Shown here in pieces: positions 57,855-64,000 of a DNA stretch of 64,000 bases; within the stretch, counting starts at the first letter, position 1; each line of letters begins with the position of its first letter. The DNA lies in contig JAQGHG010000012.1 in the NCBI GenBank assembly GCA_028288925.1, positions 13,762-77,761 of the forward strand, written 5' to 3'. This DNA is from Patescibacteria group bacterium. Lineage in GTDB: Bacteria > Patescibacteriota > Saccharimonadia > UBA4664. The notes below the pieces were generated by a model. It saw nothing but the letters and a program-made list of their open reading frames with translations, was not told the DNA's origin and did no database searches. Position numbers and translations under genes: made by a program.

Positions 57855-57990
57855 GACCCGTAGGTACGGGTGGCAGGAGTGAAATATATCTCCGAACAAG
57901 CGGACGCTGGTGCAGATACCGGCTACACCGAAGAGACGGGTAGCGTTCGGACGCGTGAGGAGATATGTTGCACGCCTGACAGGACCCGTG
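57855..57990. repeat. repeat element copy B (full length)
   Basis: gacccgtaggtacgggtggcag…gtgaaatatatctcc…ataccggctacaccgaagagacgggtagcgttc…ggagatatgttgcac…ctgacaggacccgtg. Confidence 0.7.
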
Positions 57991-57993
57991 CAA

Positions 57994-59100
57994 TTAAGCC
58001 AGCTTGCCCCAAAACGCAGACCCCTGGCTCGCCTCGTGCGGGAACTTTCGTTCAATCCGTCCCCGCAGATCCTCCCGCGTAAACGTCCGCAGCGGCTCCT
58101 TCTCCACTAGGTACGCTTCGAGCTTCAAATATACCTGGGCCAGCGCTTCCTGGTTTTGCGCGGATAGCGACCCGCCCGGCGTCATCCCGGCGCTCACTTG
58201 GCGCACGGTGTCCATGATCGGGTTAATCGCTCCGCGGTTCGTCGCCAGGCTGGCCGCGTAGATCACCACGTCCAAAGGCGACGAGCTTTTAGCCGCTCTC
58301 ACTGGAGCCGTCACCTTCCAAAATTCATAACCCGCCTTCACTAGCAGCAGCCCCACGACAGCCAGCGGCACCGTCTCCAGGCTGTTGCGGCCGTACCAGT
58401 TGTCGTACCCGGTAGCCTGCAACACCGCGAAATGCAGGTGTGTCAGGGTGTAGCTGAAGAACGCTACAAACAGCCATGTCATCGCGCTTTGGTACGTTCC
58501 GCCCATGGTTTGCCGGATGCGCCAGGCGTTCCAGCCCGCCAGCCCGTCCAGCACCAGCTCCCAAATAACAATCGCCGTAAACGTGTGGTGCGCCACCGCC
58601 GTCGGCATGATCGAAGACAAATGCACCGGCAAAAAGAACGATACGGCTATCAAGGCAAAGATGGCCGGCAATACGAACCGGAACTTCGTCAGCGCGTCCT
58701 TAATCCCCACCGCCTGAGCAAAGGTCCGCAGCGCCCAGTACGCCAGAAAACTCGATAGCACGTAGGGGAGCGCGACCAGCCCGGTCGTAGTCCACCATTC
58801 CAGCCCGGTAATGGTCGTGACGGGCACTTGGATCTGAGCGATCGCGAACATAATGATGGCCGCGCACAGTATCAAATACGCCTTTCGCAGGCCGCCCTTA
58901 AAGCCCTTCAGTCCCGCCCAAAACAACACGACGGCCTCGATACTCAGCACCAAATAGAGCGACGCCACCATCAGTGTAAGTCTCTGCCCAAACACCGTGC
59001 CGCTAATACCACCCGGCGTTATGGGCTCAAAGTAAGCTAGACCGGCCAACACCACTCCTAGCGCTACGCCCAAAAGCGCAACAACTTTGATCTTGTTCAT
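57994..59100 (-). CDS. hypothetical integral membrane protein (about 10 TM)
   Basis: 368 aa, hydrophobic; no family recognised. Confidence 0.5.
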   Translation of the reverse strand: MNKIKVVALLGVALGVVLAGLAYFEPITPGGISGTVFGQRLTLMVASLYLVLSIEAVVLFWAGLKGFKGGLRKAYLILCAAIIMFAIAQIQVPVTTITGLEWWTTTGLVALPYVLSSFLAYWALRTFAQAVGIKDALTKFRFVLPAIFALIAVSFFLPVHLSSIMPTAVAHHTFTAIVIWELVLDGLAGWNAWRIRQTMGGTYQSAMTWLFVAFFSYTLTHLHFAVLQATGYDNWYGRNSLETVPLAVVGLLLVKAGYEFWKVTAPVRAAKSSSPLDVVIYAASLATNRGAINPIMDTVRQVSAGMTPGGSLSAQNQEALAQVYLKLEAYLVEKEPLRTFTREDLRGRIERKFPHEASQGSAFWGKLA

Positions 59101-59131
59101 GCTCTCACCTTACCACGACGGGCGTCGTACC

Positions 59132-59653
59132 TTAATCTTCTTTAAATGCCCATAGCTTATACAGCGTAAAGTTCCAAATCGCGCTACCAATCACGCCCAT
59201 GCCAAACGCCACCGTCTTAATCACGAAGGCCTCGGTCAAAATGCTTGGCAATAGTCCTGTCAGGCCCAGCGCCGAAGCTGCGCCAAACCAAAGAGTGCCA
59301 AAACCCCGGCCGGCCGCCGTCCCCGAAAACAAAAACACCATCGTCGGCTGGATAGCGTATACCGACACGAGCGTAGCCAGCACAAACCGCACGCTCGACC
59401 GGCCGACATGCGCCCGGCTGACAAACACCCAGCGGCGATTCCAATAAAAGCTATTAATCATGGCCGCCGTTCCCGAGAAGAACTTGACCACAAATACCCG
59501 GTCCAATGGCACATTCAACAGCTTGGTCAGGGTGATATACAGCGTAAAATCGATCAGTGTATTGGAGATCCCCACCAACCCGAACTTCGCACCCTGCTTG
59601 ATAATACTGGGCTTAGACGCGGCTACTGGCTTCTTTTTCTTTACAGCGGGCAT
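59132..59653 (-). CDS. GtrA-family membrane protein (polysaccharide synthesis)
   Basis: Lys-rich N-terminus and 4 TM, with GLVGISNTLIDF…Y..N..W.F. Confidence 0.65.
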   Translation of the reverse strand: MPAVKKKKPVAASKPSIIKQGAKFGLVGISNTLIDFTLYITLTKLLNVPLDRVFVVKFFSGTAAMINSFYWNRRWVFVSRAHVGRSSVRFVLATLVSVYAIQPTMVFLFSGTAAGRGFGTLWFGAASALGLTGLLPSILTEAFVIKTVAFGMGVIGSAIWNFTLYKLWAFKED

Positions 59654-59803
59654 AATGTAAGCATAACTACTTTATATTCTTAATTTACACCCAATGACCC
59701 TGTATATCAAAAGCATGGACCAACGCGCCAAAATTGAGGGAGCAGCGCATCTTCGCGCCGACAAGAAGAAACCTTAGCCCTAGGTATTTGCTACAATACA
59801 TCC

Positions 59804-60583
59804 ATGCACCAACCATCACGCGCGCGCCCTATCATCGGCCTTACATCCGGAGAAATCCACAACATCGCCGAACCATGGTCGCCGGTCGCGTTCGGCCAGA
59901 GCCGCACCTACGTCGATAGCATCATCCAGGCCGGCGGCACACCGCTGATCTTGCCGCTGTCCGCCGACGAGGCCGTGCTTCGCCCCCTCTACGAGCTCCT
60001 CGACGGCCTCTGCCTGGCGGGCGGCAATGATCTGGACCCGGCACTCTACGGCCAGGAGCCCTACACCGGTGCCAGCGATCATTCCGCTCTCCGCGATACC
60101 ACCGAGCAAATGCTGTTGCGCTGGGCACTCCAAGACCGCAAGCCCCTGCTGGGCATCTGCCGCGGCATGCAATTATTAAACGTCGAGTCCGGCGGCACGC
60201 TACACCAAGAAATCGCCCAAGACCTTCCCGGCACTCTCGACCACAATGCCTCGACCAAGCTTAAATCCCTGGAAGACCTGTCGCACACACTGCGCCTCGG
60301 GCCAGATTCCAAACTGGCCAATATTCTCGCCGCCGGTCCCATCGGCACCAACGCCCATCACCACCAGGCCATCGACAAACTCGGCGCCGGCGTCAAGGCC
60401 ACGGCCTGGACCAGCGACGACGTCATCGAGGCCATCGAGCTGATCAACTATCCCTACGCCATCGGCATCCAGGCTCACCCCGAATCGCTCACGTCGGTGG
60501 AGCCTAGGTGGGCCAAGCTCTTTGAGTCATTTGTGGCCGCTACCCGCGAGCAGACCCTCCAACCGCGCGGCAACCTTCTCTAG
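59804..60583 (+). CDS. class I glutamine amidotransferase-like / gamma-glutamyl hydrolase (peptidase C26)
   Basis: GICRGMQLLNV catalytic Cys and the H…E (IQAHPE) of the triad. Confidence 0.8.
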   Translation: MHQPSRARPIIGLTSGEIHNIAEPWSPVAFGQSRTYVDSIIQAGGTPLILPLSADEAVLRPLYELLDGLCLAGGNDLDPALYGQEPYTGASDHSALRDTTEQMLLRWALQDRKPLLGICRGMQLLNVESGGTLHQEIAQDLPGTLDHNASTKLKSLEDLSHTLRLGPDSKLANILAAGPIGTNAHHHQAIDKLGAGVKATAWTSDDVIEAIELINYPYAIGIQAHPESLTSVEPRWAKLFESFVAATREQTLQPRGNLL

Positions 60584-60725
60584 CTGCCGCGCCGCGTAGG
60601 GCTCTTGGTCAAAAATATCGTCTGAAAACACTCGCGACCGCAGTTTCCGCGGGGTTCCATCAAGTGCTACAATAAGCGGTTAGTAGTGTTCACAGACAAG
60701 ATGGAAGGCGGCGGATGGCCGACAA

Positions 60726-61241
60726 TTGTTCTATACTAGCCCCATGAAGAAATTGTTTACCGACGAAGCCGCCGCCGCTCTTGTGGATTGCGCAGCCACT
60801 CTAGCAAAGACCACCGCCACCGATCAAAAAGGCCCGCAGCCCCTCGCCATCTGTTGTATGGTCGCCCAGTCCGATGTGCTAGCCGTGCCGACCGCTCTCC
60901 GGCGCATGGACGGCGCCAAGGCCGTAAGCGTTATCTTCGCCACCCACAAAGCCTTTACTGTTTTGGCATACCAGGCCGACTCAATCAAACACGCCGACCG
61001 CATCAAAAACCACCTCTGGAGTGAAGCCGATATGGTGCTGCTCCAAAGTAGCGTACCGCAATTTACACCCTGGGACGGTGGCATCATGGTCATGGACGAA
61101 TCCGGCGAGCTGCTCTGTAGCCTGGCCGCCGCCGGCCGCACATCGGAAGGGGACCGCCGCGCCATGGTGCTCGCCGCGCACCAGATGGGGTATAGGACCA
61201 ACTTCGATGAGAAAGGCGAACCTTTGCCCGAACACCGGTAA
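60726..61241 (+). CDS. GlcG/HbpS-like (DUF336) protein
   Basis: …AVPTALRRMDGA… DUF336 pattern. Confidence 0.6.
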   Translation: MFYTSPMKKLFTDEAAAALVDCAATLAKTTATDQKGPQPLAICCMVAQSDVLAVPTALRRMDGAKAVSVIFATHKAFTVLAYQADSIKHADRIKNHLWSEADMVLLQSSVPQFTPWDGGIMVMDESGELLCSLAAAGRTSEGDRRAMVLAAHQMGYRTNFDEKGEPLPEHR

Positions 61242-61275
61242 TATAATAAAGAAGCATTTAAAAAAGGCACCAATC

Positions 61276-61776
61276 ATGGCATCAGTCCAAAAAATCACAC
61301 CCAGTCTCTGGTTCGGCTCCAACTGCGAGGAGGCGATGAATTACTACGTCTCGGTCTTCCCCGACTCCAAAATTGTGACGACCAAGTACTATCCCGAAGG
61401 CATCACCGAAGGTCCCATGAAAGGCATGGAAGGCAAGGTGCTCACCGGCGTCTTCGAGCTGGCCGGCCAGCGCTTCATCGCGCTCGACGGCGGGCCGCTC
61501 TTTAAGTTCAACGAATCAATTTCCTTCACCGTGAGCTGCGAGACGCAGGACGAGATCGATCACTACTGGGACAGCCTCTCGGCGGTGCCCGAATCCGAGC
61601 AATGCGGCTGGTGCAAGGACAAATTCGGCGTCTCGTGGCAGATTGTCCCCACTGCCCTTGGCGCGATGATGATGGACGAAGCCCCCGGGAAAGCCGCGCG
61701 TGTCACTGAAGTCGTTATGAGCTCGAAGAAGTTCGATATCGCCCAGCTCAAAGCCGCGTACGAGGGGAAGAACTAA
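61276..61776 (+). CDS. PhnB-like VOC family protein
   Basis: MASVQKITPSLWF…; the 3-demethylubiquinone-MT-like/PhnB fold. The track ORF 61021.. is over-extended. Confidence 0.65.
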   Translation: MASVQKITPSLWFGSNCEEAMNYYVSVFPDSKIVTTKYYPEGITEGPMKGMEGKVLTGVFELAGQRFIALDGGPLFKFNESISFTVSCETQDEIDHYWDSLSAVPESEQCGWCKDKFGVSWQIVPTALGAMMMDEAPGKAARVTEVVMSSKKFDIAQLKAAYEGKN

Positions 61777-63170
61777 GCGCGGGCGTAGCAAGCCACCCAG
61801 TCAAGGTCGAGTTGAGCGTAGGCTCCGGCCTTGGCGTAGGGTCCCATGATCGAAGATTCGTTTTGGAGGATCCAAGACATCGGGATATTCGGTACCTTCT
61901 TGGTGGTAGTCCCGATCAACTTTCCGTCCATAAAGAACTTAATCGTACCAGGGGTCCACTCGATAGCCGTAGTATGCCAGCTTGTCCACTTGGCCGAGCT
62001 CGTGAAGTTAGCCTCGCCGGGGTGGGTGTAGGCGCTAATCCTCTGGGCGTAGTCATTCTCGGGGTAGTCCACCTCAAACCCGCCGTCGTAGAACAAGTGG
62101 GCGCTCTTAAACCCAGGGTCGGCGTGCACCACCTTGAACCGCTCCACGTATCGGCCGTACTTGTGGGCCATACACTTGATGGGCGCCACTGTGGCGACAT
62201 GGTTGTCCTTGCCGGTCTTCGGGCGATACATGCGGATGTGCATCGCGCCGTTGTTTACCGATACGGTGTCTTCGGGGTGGTAGACGCCGCCATAGGGCGC
62301 GCCCTTGTTGCCGTCGGCTCCCGATTTCGCGGTGTCCGGCCAGGTATTGGGGTAGGCCCACCAGTTGCCGTAGTAGCTGCCGTATTTCTTCAGGCCGCCG
62401 CAGTAAGGATACGCGGTGTTGGTATTGTGGTCGCAGTCGCTAAAGGCGCCCTTGGGGACAGTGGCGGTGAAGTTATCGGCGAAGATCTGCTTCCAGCCTG
62501 TCAGGTTGCCGACAGGCATAGCCTGACCGCCGGGTGTGGCAGTTGAGGTGCCGCCACCGGTACTGCTACCACCGCCGGCCCTGGCCGGGAAAGTTTGGGC
62601 GGTCCACTTCTGAGCATCCGTGCCATTGCAGGCCCAGATCCAAACGGTGTTGCCCTCAGCGCTACTAGAATATTGGTCATCTAAGCACAGCTTCGATCTG
62701 ACATGAACGATAGTCCCGTCGGCTGGATTAACTTTCCACTGTTGGAGAGCTCCCGCCGGGTCCGTGGTCTTGGCGGCGCATGGCTGCAAGACCGCTAGTG
62801 TCTTGGCCGTTACCGACCCACTGTCCACATCGAGGCAGTAACCGCTGGCGTTGGTGATCGTGCCGTTACTGTTGATCTTCCACGCCTGGGCGTTCGACGA
62901 GCCGCAGGTGTTGAGCTGGATAAGGGTGTTGCCGTTCACCTTAACCTGGTCGTTATCATTGAGACATTTGCCGGCAATACCCACGAAGGCGGTGTAAGAG
63001 CTAGCCGCCTGCGTCATCAGCTGATAGCTAACGCCAAAGATTACCAGCGCGAAGACGGCGCCCCACAAAAACTTAGTCCGAAAACTCAGCCGGCTGAGCA
63101 TCGTCTTGGGGCGTTTCGATTTTACGGCCGTTGATTTGGTTTTGCGGGCGGGTGTTTTTTTGTTTGGCAT
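61773..63170 (-). CDS. secreted protein: ricin-B-like beta-trefoil lectin + GH16/ConA-like glucanase domain
   Basis: N-terminal TM/signal, three Q.W repeats with conserved Cys (QAWK, QQWK, QKWT), C-terminal EVDYPE catalytic-like motif. Confidence 0.6.
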   Translation of the reverse strand: MPNKKTPARKTKSTAVKSKRPKTMLSRLSFRTKFLWGAVFALVIFGVSYQLMTQAASSYTAFVGIAGKCLNDNDQVKVNGNTLIQLNTCGSSNAQAWKINSNGTITNASGYCLDVDSGSVTAKTLAVLQPCAAKTTDPAGALQQWKVNPADGTIVHVRSKLCLDDQYSSSAEGNTVWIWACNGTDAQKWTAQTFPARAGGGSSTGGGTSTATPGGQAMPVGNLTGWKQIFADNFTATVPKGAFSDCDHNTNTAYPYCGGLKKYGSYYGNWWAYPNTWPDTAKSGADGNKGAPYGGVYHPEDTVSVNNGAMHIRMYRPKTGKDNHVATVAPIKCMAHKYGRYVERFKVVHADPGFKSAHLFYDGGFEVDYPENDYAQRISAYTHPGEANFTSSAKWTSWHTTAIEWTPGTIKFFMDGKLIGTTTKKVPNIPMSWILQNESSIMGPYAKAGAYAQLDLDWVACYARA

Positions 63171-63233
63171 ATACCTATTGGGTGCTAATACTTACCATTA
63201 CTTATACTTCTTATGCTTGGTTAGGTCAAATTT

Positions 63234-63467
63234 TTGTATAATTGCTTTGGGAGCTCCGCCTTTTACATGCGGAGCTCCCTTCAAACTAGTCGCAGTTACT
63301 TGGACGGCTTACTTATGCTGGATCGCCTAGAAAAAGCCAATCTAATCACCCGAAAACCAAACCCGAAGGACGGACGCGGCGTGCTGATCGAAGCCAACAA
63401 GAACCTGGCGGAAACACTTGGACCAACATTCGCAGGTATTCAAAAAGTACAAATTGAGCACCAATAA
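63234..63467 (+). pseudogene. MarR-family regulator remnant (C-terminal wing only)
   Basis: LDRLEKANLITRKPNPKDGRGVLIEA… matches the MarR wing/helix; no N-terminal HTH. An 11-bp perfect hairpin lies inside the putative 5' end. Confidence 0.3.
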
Positions 63468-63573
63468 TGAAAGACTCTGAATTAAAAACCACCCTCAGCG
63501 AGGACGCGGAAAACTATCATAATTATCGACCGCGTTACCCCAGGCTCTTTTTTGAAACGATGTGATAATTGCA

Positions 63574-63648
63574 TGGTGATCCCACGGAGAATCGAACTCC
63601 GGTTGCCGGGATGAAAACCCGGTGTCCTAACCGCTAGACGATGGGACC
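63574..63648 (-). tRNA. tRNA-Glu (anticodon UUC), CCA encoded
   Basis: Manual fold: acceptor ggtccca/tgggatc, D-stem, anticodon stem ccggg/cccgg with loop tTTTCat, T-stem cggag/ctccg with loop ttcgatt, 3' ACCA. Confidence 0.85.
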
Positions 63649-63753
63649 ACGAAACGAGCGAAGTGCGAGAACGTTTTTAACTGGTACATACTACCATTTT
63701 TGGCAACTTTACTCAAGATGCTACCATATCTATTAAGAAAGAAGAGGGGTGCG

Positions 63754-64000
63754 ATGAGGCGGTTCGGCGTGCTGGCGGGCGTATTAGCGGTGGGCTTGAT
63801 GCTGCGGTTGCACGCGCTTTCGCCCTACATTTTCTATCCTGACGGCTACCAGAGCCTCATGGTCGCTCGCAATCTCCAGACCGCCCATCGGGCCGTGGCC
63901 ACGATGGGGCCGGGTGGGCTGCTGTACCCGGATCTCTTCGGCTGGACCCGCCCGGCTTACTCGGCGTTGATCGCGTTGGGTAGCGGCCTGGGGCTGCGGC
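63754..64000 (+). CDS. GT39/ArnT-like glycosyltransferase family membrane protein (partial, N-terminus only)
   Basis: RBS GAAGAGGGG; MRRFGVLAGVLAVGLMLRLHAL…YPDGY pattern of PMT/ArnT-family N-termini; runs off the window. Confidence 0.5.
   Translation, partial: MRRFGVLAGVLAVGLMLRLHALSPYIFYPDGYQSLMVARNLQTAHRAVATMGPGGLLYPDLFGWTRPAYSALIALGSGLGLR

Noticed and set aside
61021-61776. 251-aa extended ORF overlapping the GlcG-like gene
   Set aside because: The PhnB-like domain begins at MASVQ (61276). The upstream part overlaps gene 60726..61241 in another frame.
1-64000. CRISPR arrays, rRNA genes, transposase or integrase genes
   Set aside because: No regularly spaced direct repeats, no rRNA-like sequence, and no transposase or integrase-like ORFs were seen. 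The only repeats are the palindromic element family.

Overview
This 64 kb window is gene-dense chromosomal DNA from a bacterium with mosaic composition. Baseline GC is about 50-55%, with high-GC islands (about 62-68%) at 16.6-17.5, 22.8-24.4, 33.6-35.5 and 40.8-42.5 kb and low-GC patches (about 40-47%) at 20.9-21.5, 42.5-44.1 and 46.0-48.7 kb. I support about 75 CDS, one tRNA-Glu(UUC) with an encoded CCA end, several clear intrinsic terminators, and a family of six imperfect-palindromic intergenic repeat elements. Recognisable content includes housekeeping genes (cmk, folD, maf, hsp20, a peroxiredoxin/DsbA pair, an SDR), cell-envelope genes (sortase, two paralogous polysaccharide deacetylases, an LTA-synthase-like sulfatase, GtrA, a partial GT39) and two MacB/FtsX-type ABC pairs flanking a P-loop NTPase-SWIM fusion. 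Two-component signalling is unusually dense, with four histidine kinases and five receiver-only response regulators, and a complete cyoABCDE quinol-oxidase operon sits divergent from a type II NADH dehydrogenase. The most unusual loci are these: (i) a translationally coupled pair of a PaaK/F390-synthetase-like adenylate-forming enzyme and an N-terminally extended ThiF/E1-like enzyme; (ii) a 68% GC island carrying a two-gene operon of novel Cys-rich membrane and secreted proteins; (iii) a Pro-rich uORF plus hairpin/U-tract leader upstream of a P-type ATPase; (iv) a beta-propeller-cutinase fusion; (v) tandem methyltransferase paralogs with sharply different GC; (vi) the repeat-element family, which several times supplies the stop codon of the upstream gene. 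Gene content is compatible with a Gram-positive-type or Patescibacteria (Saccharibacteria)-like organism, but taxonomy cannot be established from this window.
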